NCBI GenBank assembly: GCA_027346125.1
Contig: DAIEST010000174.1
Span: 1,167 to 65,166, forward strand
DNA from: Leptospirillum sp.
GTDB lineage: Bacteria; Nitrospirota; Leptospirillia; Leptospirillales; Leptospirillaceae
Length of the DNA stretch: 64,000 bases
Direction: 5' to 3'
The notes under the pieces are model-generated. The model saw only the letters and a program-made list of their open reading frames with translations. It made no database searches and had not been told where the DNA came from. Each line of letters opens with the position of its first letter. Within the stretch, counting starts at the first letter, position 1. Position numbers and translations under genes: made by a program. Positions 24,856 to 32,530 of the stretch are shown in pieces.

Positions 24856-26004
24856 TTACCCATTTTCTTCTGTCACCGTTTTGTCACCAAATGAAGCGTT
24901 TTTGCTCCCGAACTGTGATCCGATTTCATTGGCCCGGTTTCCGACAGCCGGGTCAATGGAAGGGATCCATCTTCCGTATCTTTTCCGAATCATTCCCCAA
25001 TCGGCATGCCCCATTTGTTGCGCCACCCACATCGGGTTCTCTCCTGCGGAAAGCAGAAGGCTCGCATAGGTGTGTCGCGTCTGGTAGGGGTTTCGATAGG
25101 CCACGCCAGCCTTTCTCAGGACGCTGGCCCAATGGTGATTGATCTTGTTGTCCCCACTCCAGGGCTGTCTGGTAAGAGGATTGGTGAAGATGCGTCCTCC
25201 TGAAAGAAGACTGTGTTCTTTCTGGGCCTCCAGGGCCTTGCGGGCCTGATCGAGAATCTTCACCTCCCGCTTGCCTGCCTTTGTTTTTGTTTCCTTCACA
25301 TGGCCCCGGATGAAGGCTCTCCGGACGCAGATCACATTGCGGCCCCAATCGATATCCCCCCACTCCAGTCCGATCAGTTCAGACGTTCTCAGTCCGCTCC
25401 AAAAAGAAAACTGGATGAGGTTTTGCAGGGGTCCTTCGCAAGCATCCAGAATTTTCCGGATTTCCTCCAGAGAAAAAGGCTCCGGCTCGCTGGTGTCGAT
25501 CGAGAGACTCCGGATCCTGTCCATCGGATTTTTCTCGATAACTCCATCCTGGAAGGCGTCTCCGAGAACTCCCCGAAGGGGGGTCAGAATGTTGTTGATC
25601 CGTTTGTTCGAACATTGAAGGGTGGAGATGAAGCGCCGGATTTCCGTGGTGGTGACTTTATCCAGCGGCAATTCTCCGAAAAAGGGGATTAGGTGGTATT
25701 TCGAACAGGACCGGTAGTCCCGGAGGGTGGAAGTAGCCGTACTCTTTTCCATGTGGCCCAGCCAAGTTTCCATCGCTTCCCGGAAAGTCGGGATCCTGTT
25801 TTCCGGAATCGACTTGAAGTATTTGGACGGGTCAAAGGTCTGCTGGGCGATTTCAAGGAGGATGGTCCCCCGGAGCCGTTCGGCATATTTGAGGTTGGCC
25901 TTGGTGGGTTCAAGTTTCAGTGTTTTCTGGAAGCGTTGGCCATGCCAGTAGAAGCTGATCTGGATCCCGTTGCCGCGAACTCGAATTCCGCTCCCTCGAC
26001 CCAT
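24856..26004 (-). CDS. int: Tyrosine recombinase / phage integrase
   Basis: 382 aa. N-terminal arm-binding-type start (IRVRGNGIQISFYWHGQRF). Catalytic R (GLRTSELIGL), H..R (QTRHTYAS) and ...RYGRWI Tyr region. Confidence 0.93.
   Translation of the reverse strand: MGRGSGIRVRGNGIQISFYWHGQRFQKTLKLEPTKANLKYAERLRGTILLEIAQQTFDPSKYFKSIPENRIPTFREAMETWLGHMEKSTATSTLRDYRSCSKYHLIPFFGELPLDKVTTTEIRRFISTLQCSNKRINNILTPLRGVLGDAFQDGVIEKNPMDRIRSLSIDTSEPEPFSLEEIRKILDACEGPLQNLIQFSFWSGLRTSELIGLEWGDIDWGRNVICVRRAFIRGHVKETKTKAGKREVKILDQARKALEAQKEHSLLSGGRIFTNPLTRQPWSGDNKINHHWASVLRKAGVAYRNPYQTRHTYASLLLSAGENPMWVAQQMGHADWGMIRKRYGRWIPSIDPAVGNRANEIGSQFGSKNASFGDKTVTEENG
24871..24889 (+). promoter_or_regulatory. Candidate integrase arm-type binding sites (tandem TGTCACC-N5-TGTCACC), P' arm
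   Basis: TGTCACCGTTTTGTCACCA lies 46 bp inside attL. A near-identical 19-mer (1 mismatch) lies 82 bp inside attR at 63428-63446 in the same orientation. Confidence 0.4.
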
Positions 26005-26177
26005 CGTTCGTATGCCTCCAGGTTGATCAGGATATGATTGTCCGGGGCCTTCTCAAAATGGACGCCCTTGAGCCAAACTCCGGTCTGGATCTTACCACGG
26101 ACCCCGGCCGGAGTGTACCCGGTCAATGCGCAGAATTTCTCGATGAGGACCCATCGGGTCGAGACAAGGGCAATCAT
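25917..26177 (-). CDS. xis: Excisionase-like small DNA-binding protein
   Basis: 86 aa, immediately upstream of int and overlapping it. W.L.EKF...TGYT...VRGKI..G.W winged-helix-like pattern. Confidence 0.55.
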   Translation of the reverse strand: MIALVSTRWVLIEKFCALTGYTPAGVRGKIQTGVWLKGVHFEKAPDNHILINLEAYERWVEGAEFEFAATGSRSASTGMANASRKH

Positions 26178-26181
26178 CCTT

Positions 26182-26883
26182 TTAAACCTTTCCCCTCACC
26201 GAAGACTCGACGACCACCCGGCAACCGGGAACGGAGAATGCTTCCTTGAGCGCCCTGGCCATTCCGTTCAGCGCCGTCTGGTTGACTTCCAGAAGCCCGA
26301 TCGGGGCCCGTCCCTGCGCGACAGCCTGGACGAGCTGGGGCAAGCTCACCACCTCGGCTTTATAGATTTTTGTGACGGAGAGCCCTTCCACTTTCGGGGC
26401 CTGCGTTTCGATCTTTGGAATCACCACCACGGGGGGAGCAATGGGAGCTTCCAGGATCGCGGCCGCCATCTCGGAATTTCCTTCCTGAGAAAGGCGCTCA
26501 GCTTCTTCGAGACGCCGGTCTTCCTCTTCCTTCCGGGCCTGCTCTTCGGCCGCTTTCCGGAGCCGGTCTTCTTCCGCCTTGCGTTTCCTCTCCTCTTCGG
26601 CGTGAAAATCCCCGATCTTCCGGTCGATGATCTTCTGGGCCTGCTCAACCGGTTCCATGACTTTCTTTTTCTGGGCCACGGCTTCCTTGTGAGCATCAAA
26701 CGCTTTCCGGCAGATCGGATCGAAGGTGTTGTCAATCTCCTTCTTGATGGTTCGAAGGGTGAGTGTGAATTCAGCCGCTTCTTTGAAGGTATCCGTATCC
26801 GTGATCTGGATCCGGTCTGCCTTTGCGGGCAGAGAAAGGGCCTTTTCTTCGACTTCCACGATTTCCGCCGTTGGTGTTGTCAT
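26182..26883 (-). CDS. Phage hypothetical protein with a charged coiled-coil centre
   Basis: ORF 26182..26928 trimmed to the ATG at 26883, which overlaps the upstream stop (ATGA). The central region is E/K/R-rich. Confidence 0.55.
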   Translation of the reverse strand: MTTPTAEIVEVEEKALSLPAKADRIQITDTDTFKEAAEFTLTLRTIKKEIDNTFDPICRKAFDAHKEAVAQKKKVMEPVEQAQKIIDRKIGDFHAEEERKRKAEEDRLRKAAEEQARKEEEDRRLEEAERLSQEGNSEMAAAILEAPIAPPVVVIPKIETQAPKVEGLSVTKIYKAEVVSLPQLVQAVAQGRAPIGLLEVNQTALNGMARALKEAFSVPGCRVVVESSVRGKV

Positions 26884-27455
26884 TTCATCTCCTTTTTGAG
26901 TTGATAGACCTTTAGGACTGAGAGCCACGTCGCCGAATCATCGATGCTCCGGTAGACTTCCACGGAATATTTCCCGTCCTTCTTAAGATGCACTCCCCAG
27001 CACTCCCAGGCCGGGATGTTGAGTTCGTACTTGACCATGAGCGCATAGGCCGCCAACTGGAGCCTATGCCAAGGCTGCGGGGGGCCGCTCTTGATGTCCA
27101 GGAGCAATGCATTGATCTTGTGGGTCTTCCCGATCCGGTCGACCGTTCCCGCGTACCCCTGCCTCGAATACAAGGACTGCTCGATATGGGAGGGGATGAA
27201 CCCCGTTTCCTCCCGGAATTTTTTCCAGGCCTCCAGATACCCAAGAAGCTCTCCCGGGATGGTATCGTCCTCCATCCCGGTTTCGTCCCAGAACTGTGTC
27301 GCTCCATGAACGAGGGTCCCCCGCTCCGCATGTTCCGGCGTGAAGAAGGACGTATCGATCAGCCCGACTTCTTTCAGGATCTGGGTCACGCTCGGGATGA
27401 TTTCTTCTCCCACCTGGTAGGTATGGGTTTCTGGCTCGAAGGTGAGGTCCTTCAT
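26880..27455 (-). CDS. PD-(D/E)XK-family nuclease (recombination exonuclease candidate)
   Basis: 191 aa. THTY..., GT.VH, and GTVDRIG...LLLDIKSG (D-x-K core). Translationally coupled to the upstream annealing-protein gene. Confidence 0.65.
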   Translation of the reverse strand: MKDLTFEPETHTYQVGEEIIPSVTQILKEVGLIDTSFFTPEHAERGTLVHGATQFWDETGMEDDTIPGELLGYLEAWKKFREETGFIPSHIEQSLYSRQGYAGTVDRIGKTHKINALLLDIKSGPPQPWHRLQLAAYALMVKYELNIPAWECWGVHLKKDGKYSVEVYRSIDDSATWLSVLKVYQLKKEMK

Positions 27456-28315
27456 ACCTCACCGTTCTCCTGAGCATCCCCGCGCCCTTCGATCCAGGCG
27501 ATGAATTCCTCGTACTGATCCTTGCGGAGCTTGTTCGAGGATTCGATGCCGAGTTCCGAAAGATGAGCCTTGATTTCGTCATTGGAGACGCCGTTTTCCC
27601 GTGCGATGGCAAAGAGCCTCTTGCGCTGCGGGTCCGAGATGTACTGATCATCGGGGGTGTGAAACGCGCCCTGATCTGGCTTTGCCCCGCTATCCTTCGC
27701 AGGACTGGCCGATCCATTGGTCTTTCCGTGGTTTCCAAGCGTCTCCGGGTCCATGTCCTCGATGTCCTGGGTGAAGATATCGCTGGCCGCCAGACACGTC
27801 AGTGTGGCATCGACCAGGGCTCTCTTCTTCGCCATCTTGAGGATGGTGTTGGCCTGGTCAGCCGGGTTCGTCCGGACCTGCTTGATCTTGTCCACCTTCC
27901 CGTATTTCTTCGAAAACTTTGTGCGTCGCTGGTCGACGGGAGTTGCCTCAAATTCCTCATCGCAGACCGCCGCTCTCCATTTGTATTTCTCCTCAAGGGA
28001 AGAACACTCCCCCACGCCGGATCCGACAAACCGTCCGTCGAAGGTATTGAGCTTGACCTTGACCCGGTATCCGATCGCGTCCTGCAGGAAGAGGGGTTCA
28101 ACCTCGACCTCCGGGGCCAGACGGAAGGTCATCATCAGCTTTTCCGCGCCGGCCTTGAGCAGGGTCGGCTTGTCACCGGCTCCCGGGATCTTCCCGAAAT
28201 GCTGTCCTTCCTGCATGACGGTCTTCATTACTTCCTGGATCCGGTTGACCTGGGCCCGGATATCGACCGCTGTCATCGGTGGTGCTGATCCTTGGACTTC
28301 GATTTCGGTACTCAT
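27452..28315 (-). CDS. Single-strand annealing protein (ERF/RecT/Rad52 superfamily; family unresolved)
   Basis: ORF 27452..28528 trimmed to ATG 28315, 6 nt after AAGGAG. ...GDKPTLLKAGAEKL... and ILKMAKKRALVDATLTCLAASDIFTQD resemble conserved SSAP blocks, and the gene is paired with a nuclease. Confidence 0.55.
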   Translation of the reverse strand: MSTEIEVQGSAPPMTAVDIRAQVNRIQEVMKTVMQEGQHFGKIPGAGDKPTLLKAGAEKLMMTFRLAPEVEVEPLFLQDAIGYRVKVKLNTFDGRFVGSGVGECSSLEEKYKWRAAVCDEEFEATPVDQRRTKFSKKYGKVDKIKQVRTNPADQANTILKMAKKRALVDATLTCLAASDIFTQDIEDMDPETLGNHGKTNGSASPAKDSGAKPDQGAFHTPDDQYISDPQRKRLFAIARENGVSNDEIKAHLSELGIESSNKLRKDQYEEFIAWIEGRGDAQENGEV

Positions 28316-28512
28316 GCGGATTCTCCTTTTCGGTAAATGGCTGGCCTCGTTTCGATGTCGCACGGACGGCAACACCCCATTTTCTGGATGAAGCTCCTTT
28401 CGTCGAAAGGACGCTGTTCGTTGCAGCCGGGACAGCGGGGTTGCCGGTATTTCATCGTGATAATTCCTTCCTTTCGAAAAGCGTCCACGTCCACATATTC
28501 TGCAAGACTCAT
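28312..28512 (-). CDS. Small zinc-ribbon protein
   Basis: 66 aa. CPGC...CCRPC cysteine pairs, with a 4-nt overlap onto the downstream gene. Confidence 0.45.
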   Translation of the reverse strand: MSLAEYVDVDAFRKEGIITMKYRQPRCPGCNEQRPFDERSFIQKMGCCRPCDIETRPAIYRKGESA

Positions 28513-28748
28513 TGTTTGACTCCTTCAAAAGTCAGGTGGGCAAGCCAAGCGGCGTCCAGCATCAGAAGGACAGCCGCGAGCAGGATGACGAACACTGCGA
28601 GCGCGAGAAAGGCAATCATCGGGACGGGAAATTCCACCGGACGCACTCTCTCCATTTCACACGTGAGACAAAGGCCAGATTCGGAGCGCGGTGCGCAGCA
28701 AGAGGGGCACACCCACACTTCGGTCCCGGGATCTTCAAATTTCTCCAT
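28509..28748 (-). CDS. Small zinc-ribbon plus transmembrane protein
   Basis: ORF trimmed to the ATG at 28748. CPSCC...CLTC followed by a hydrophobic helix MIAFLALAVFVILLAAVLLML. Confidence 0.45.
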   Translation of the reverse strand: MEKFEDPGTEVWVCPSCCAPRSESGLCLTCEMERVRPVEFPVPMIAFLALAVFVILLAAVLLMLDAAWLAHLTFEGVKQ

Positions 28749-28756
28749 CGTCAACA

Positions 28757-28870
28757 CCTGTCCCACTTCGCCAGGAGCGCGATGAACAGCAGAATCAAAA
28801 GGCCCCTCAGAATCCGATTGGCAATCCGTTCGCTGTATAACCAGTTCAGGAAACGATGAATGCGATTCAT
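28757..28870 (-). CDS. 37-aa single-pass membrane micro-protein (below the ORF-track cutoff)
   Basis: ATG at 28870 overlaps the upstream stop (ATGA). My translation is MNRIHRFLNWLYSERIANRILRGLLILLFIALLAKWDRC. Confidence 0.3.
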
Positions 28871-29088
28871 GGAAGCCTCCGGCTCACGAGTGTCAGAAGT
28901 CCATGAGCCGCAAGAACGTGCTCCCGGATCTGCGGATCGTCGGAAGCGATGAATTGCACTTTCGCCGCTCCCAAGTGGGCGAGAGCCTCTTTGATAAGGT
29001 CTTCCGAAGGTACAGACGGCAGTTCGTTTGCCGGTTCCAAAACCAGAAAAGGGTGAGGGCTCATTGTTTCCCTCCCTCCTGGGCGCAC
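28867..29088 (-). CDS. Hypothetical protein
   Basis: 73-aa ORF in the leftward early operon. Confidence 0.4.
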   Translation of the reverse strand: MRPGGRETMSPHPFLVLEPANELPSVPSEDLIKEALAHLGAAKVQFIASDDPQIREHVLAAHGLLTLVSRRLP

Positions 29089-29285
29089 AAACGGGTCAGA
29101 AGGGAGGCTTCAAGCGTCACCTTGTCCAGTTCTCCCTTCAGTTTTGCCGAGATGTATTTCCGGATGGCGGATGCGGGCATTCCGGTGTGTTCGGACACTT
29201 CCTCCAGGGTCTCCTTGAATTGCTTCTTCAGCTCGTTGAGTTCCGAGAGTTCTGTCATGAGCTGGTGTTCGTGCTCGGGTTTCAT
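29061..29285 (-). CDS. Hypothetical protein (first gene of the leftward early operon)
   Basis: 74-aa acidic helical ORF, with a GGAGAAAAAA-type SD upstream. Confidence 0.45.
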   Translation of the reverse strand: MKPEHEHQLMTELSELNELKKQFKETLEEVSEHTGMPASAIRKYISAKLKGELDKVTLEASLLTRLCAQEGGKQ

Positions 29286-29528
29286 TTTTTCTCCTTGAGT
29301 GGATTCCCCTCCCGTCTGGGCCTCCCAGATGCCAATTGGAGTAGAGAGTTCTCCGCATGGCCATGAGGAGCGAGAGGTCTCCCCACGGGAGACCCGGAGA
29401 GGAGGGGAAACATAATTGCCGGATAAAATCCGCTAGAAATAAGTGACCGGGTTATTCCTCACCGCCCGCGGACCCTGTACCATTCCGCGATTCAAGGGCT
29501 CCTCGAGGGAGCGGTTGGAACTGGGAGA

Positions 29529-29571
29529 AATATAGCAAATTGCTATTAACAAATCAATAGCAAATTAATAT
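29529..29571 (-). promoter_or_regulatory. PL-like promoter with OL-like operators
   Basis: The minus strand reads TTGATT (29557-29552), 17 nt, TATATT (29534-29529). A perfect 15-bp palindrome ATAGCAAATTGCTAT (29532-29546) overlaps the -10 and spacer. A half-conserved copy ATAGCAAATTAATAT (29557-29571) abuts the -35. Confidence 0.55.
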
Positions 29572-29672
29572 ATTGGGACAAGAGGTGGAGTGGGTAGCGG
29601 GAAGTTCCGAAAGGGAAGGTATAATCTCCGGCAAAGAATCAGTGCGGATAAAAAGCCAAAGAGGAGGAAAAC

Positions 29673-30068
29673 GTGTCTGGAATGAGACTCTTACTTGTTC
29701 CTATTTTTCTCGTACTTTTTTCAGGATGTGCCACAACGGCCAATTACAACAAATCGGTGACCGACTGGCTGGGAAAACCGGAGAAGGATCTCTTGGCAGC
29801 ATGGGGAGTGCCGACAGGAACCTTTTCGGGGAAAAAATTTCATGTGGACGAATATCTCCGGGAAGGTACCCCTACCTTTGGAGAAGCTTTTTTGGCAGGA
29901 ATGGCTTCACAAAGTCATACGACTGGCTCTTTTGATGCTCAGGGAAATTTTCAATCGACGACCCAACCGGGAGTGATTTTACACTTCTCGTGTAGAACGG
30001 ACTTCTTTGTTGATGATCAAGACGTTATCCAACGGGTCACTTTCCATGGAGAAGGATGCCATCGGTAA
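29673..30068 (+). CDS. Lipoprotein (moron-type)
   Basis: 131 aa, GTG start after GGAGGA. Signal peptide MRLLLVPIFLVLFSGC with a lipobox-like FSGC. Confidence 0.6.
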   Translation: MSGMRLLLVPIFLVLFSGCATTANYNKSVTDWLGKPEKDLLAAWGVPTGTFSGKKFHVDEYLREGTPTFGEAFLAGMASQSHTTGSFDAQGNFQSTTQPGVILHFSCRTDFFVDDQDVIQRVTFHGEGCHR

Positions 30069-30161
30069 TTGGCACCAGAATTTGTGCATAGACGAAAGTT
30101 TAAAGGGAAATGAGGACAAGGGGGAGGGGAAAATGATTCAAAATGATTTGTAAAATTATAA

Positions 30162-30234
30162 TCCAGGATAGTTGACAAAAATATCCTGGGTATTTATTAT
30201 TTGAATTATTATCGACAAATAAATATTCCAGGAT
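30162..30234 (+). promoter_or_regulatory. Strong sigma70-type promoter with flanking inverted repeat (operator) for the DGQHR gene
   Basis: TTGACA (30172-30177), 17 nt, TATTAT (30195-30200). CCAGGATA (30163-30170) and TATCCTGG (30182-30189) form a perfect 8-bp inverted repeat bracketing the -35. A third TCCAGGAT copy lies at 30227-30234. Confidence 0.55.
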
Positions 30235-30258
30235 TAAAAATTAAATGGAGGATGTAAA

Positions 30259-31722
30259 ATGGACGACTTTGAAGAAAGACTACCAAGACCTTTGACGGGG
30301 CTCAGCAACCTGGATGATTTGATGGGAGATGGAGACACTTCAGGGAAGCCTTTTAAAGTATTTATTGGTCATAACTTAGGAAATAGAATTTTTGTTTTTA
30401 CCATTCCAATGTATGAGTTTTTTAGCCTGTCTGAGGTTGCAAATGAAAGGGGGGATGATGATGACGATAGCCTGGTTGCCCAGAGACCGTTGGATGAAAA
30501 TCATGCTCATAGTTTAGCTGTTTATATATTGAAAGGTTTAGTTTCTTCTGCCATTCAATGGAAGGAAAGAGGAAAAAAGCCAAAACTTTCTATCTTAGAA
30601 ACCTTCAGAGACCGCCTAGGGAAACAATCTTACCTTTCCCTTCAACCGATTGTAGTCAACATCCGAGATTGTGGACCCGAAGGAAGAAGCATTGTAGGTG
30701 AAAGAATGGTTGTTAATGGGGTTGAAACGGCTGCGTATAAGATCATTCTTCAGCAGAAAGATATTCTCTGGGTAGTTGATGGACAGCACCGAAGGTATGG
30801 GATGCAAAAAGTGTTTGAGTTTTTGGACGAAGTTACGCGTAGTAGAAAATATCCCAAAAAAAAGAGCCTTTATCCACATCTTGGAGAAATTGAACTGACC
30901 TCGGAGGAAATTCAAGGATGGCAGGTGTGCATGGAAGTGGCGCGGTCGTTTTGTACTGTAACTATTGAGGGCCACCTTGGTCTTGGGATCGAGGAAGAAA
31001 GACAGTTATTCTATGATCTCAATAGTCTGGGCAAAAAGGTTCAAGCAGCTTTAGCGCTTCAATTTGATAGTTCCAATCCGGTTAATCAATACATTAAAGA
31101 AGTATTGATTGATGATGGCGACATAGGTTTAGAAATAATCGACAAAGACAAGATCGACTGGGATGATGATAAGGGAGAGATGACGAGGAAGGATCTTGTC
31201 GCAATTAATGCCATTCTTTTTTTAAACAAAACCAATATTCGACAGGCAAAACCCCTAGAAGTTGAGGAAAAAGAAGAGATAGCAACAAGGTTTTGGAAGA
31301 CCATCATCCAGATTCCAGGATTTGGGAAGTCAGGGGCTAAAGCTACTACTGTCGCTGGTCAACCTGTGGTTCTCAAAGCTTTGGCCAAGTTGACATATCA
31401 GTTTGGCTTTTCTCGATCCGCTGATCCAGAAATACTTGAGAAATTCCTGAATGAAATTCTCACGATTGATTTCTCTCACTCCAACCCCATGTGGAGATAC
31501 TACGATCTGACTGAATCTGAGCGACAGCAGTTTAACCTTTCAAACCTGAGCAGCTATCTGCCTTCTGAGACGGAAGGAGCCAACAGGGATCTTGGAAAGT
31601 ATGATAAAAATGCAGGTGTGATGAGATTTGGAGCGAAACACAATGATATCTCTCCAATTATTGGAGACATGATCCGCTGGAAGCTTGGGTTACCGAACAG
31701 AAACGAAGAAAAAGAATCTTAA
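30259..31722 (+). CDS. DGQHR-domain protein (DndB/DpdB-like, ParB/Srx fold)
   Basis: 487 aa. QRPLDENHAHSLAVYI followed by ILWVVDGQHRRYGMQ (the DGQHR motif). GGAGG SD 8 nt upstream. Confidence 0.82.
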   Translation: MDDFEERLPRPLTGLSNLDDLMGDGDTSGKPFKVFIGHNLGNRIFVFTIPMYEFFSLSEVANERGDDDDDSLVAQRPLDENHAHSLAVYILKGLVSSAIQWKERGKKPKLSILETFRDRLGKQSYLSLQPIVVNIRDCGPEGRSIVGERMVVNGVETAAYKIILQQKDILWVVDGQHRRYGMQKVFEFLDEVTRSRKYPKKKSLYPHLGEIELTSEEIQGWQVCMEVARSFCTVTIEGHLGLGIEEERQLFYDLNSLGKKVQAALALQFDSSNPVNQYIKEVLIDDGDIGLEIIDKDKIDWDDDKGEMTRKDLVAINAILFLNKTNIRQAKPLEVEEKEEIATRFWKTIIQIPGFGKSGAKATTVAGQPVVLKALAKLTYQFGFSRSADPEILEKFLNEILTIDFSHSNPMWRYYDLTESERQQFNLSNLSSYLPSETEGANRDLGKYDKNAGVMRFGAKHNDISPIIGDMIRWKLGLPNRNEEKES

Positions 31723-31753
31723 AACTTTCCTTAAAAACGTTAGAAAAATGTGG

Positions 31754-31789
31754 CACGCATCGGGTTTTAAATCCCGGTGCGTGTTTTTT
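31754..31789. terminator. Shared hairpin terminator between convergent genes
   Basis: CACGCATCGGG-ttttaaat-CCCGGTGCGTG (11-bp stem with one G:U), then TTTTTT on the plus strand. There is a weaker T-run on the minus strand. Confidence 0.65.
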
Positions 31790-31798
31790 AGTGATACT

Positions 31799-32512
31799 TT
31801 AAACATTAACAGGCATCTCATCCCATGTTCGGCCGAGAAGTAATCTCCCCGTCTTCTTCTTTTGAACTCCTCCCCATTGCTTGAAGAAAAATGGAACTCT
31901 GGATTCCTGGCATTGCTCTAAGATTTCGAGAACCCACTCTTCTTTCATGGGTCTCGAGCCAGGCCCGGATTCTCCTCCAACAATCACCCAATCAATATCG
32001 CTGAGGTCAAGGTTTGGAATCGGCCCCAAAAGGGGTTCAATCGACAGGAACTTGATCTTAGCCCTCGTTTTGCGAAGGTCATTCACCCTGGAAAGATAAT
32101 CCCTATTTTCGATACTTACACCCATCCAAATGTTTTCGGTCCAGTTGAGTTCTGAGCTTATTGTGGCAAGCCTATCGGCCCTCTTTGTCAGAATCTGGAA
32201 GGTGTGCCAGTGGGCCTGATTCATTATTTGAAAAGTGTTCTTTATGAATTCGTCAGGGATTTCTTGAAGAAAGAGATCGCTCATAGAATTCACGAAAACG
32301 ACTTGAGGTTTTTTCCAAGAAAGGGGAAGGGTAAGGGAATCAGGGTGAAGGGTCGGAGCGAAACCATTACGATATTTGGCAACACCCATTTCCTTAAGAC
32401 GTGCGGCCATTCTTTCAGCATAGCAGTTTTTGCATCCTGGACTGATCTTGGTGCATCCAGTAACGGGGTTCCAGGTAGAGTTTGTCCATTCGATAGCAGA
32501 ATCAGTAGACAT
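31799..32512 (-). CDS. DUF5131 / phage Gp37-Gp68 family three-Cys-motif protein
   Basis: 237 aa. [27 protein letters not shown] (C-x6-C-x2-C), ...FVNSMSDLF..., ...IVGGESG...[15 protein letters not shown] upstream. Confidence 0.85.
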   Translation of the reverse strand: MSTDSAIEWTNSTWNPVTGCTKISPGCKNCYAERMAARLKEMGVAKYRNGFAPTLHPDSLTLPLSWKKPQVVFVNSMSDLFLQEIPDEFIKNTFQIMNQAHWHTFQILTKRADRLATISSELNWTENIWMGVSIENRDYLSRVNDLRKTRAKIKFLSIEPLLGPIPNLDLSDIDWVIVGGESGPGSRPMKEEWVLEILEQCQESRVPFFFKQWGGVQKKKTGRLLLGRTWDEMPVNV

Positions 32513-32530
32513 GACATCTCCTCCTAGAAG

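Noticed and set aside
28316-28528. N-terminal 71-codon extension of the annealing-protein ORF. Similar long N-terminal extensions occur in ORFs 40386..42077, 57084..58595, 60741..61223 and 21261..22145.
   Set aside because: The extensions overlap upstream genes in another frame and have junk-like composition. Each also has an internal ATG with a good SD where the family-typical N-terminus begins.
29376-29394. Perfect 7-bp hairpin GGTCTCC-ccacg-GGAGACC in the long leader of the leftward early operon, considered as a nut/boxB-like antitermination site or a terminator.
   Set aside because: There is no U-tract, no recognisable N-like antiterminator gene and no second copy in the rightward operon. 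A single short hairpin is insufficient evidence.
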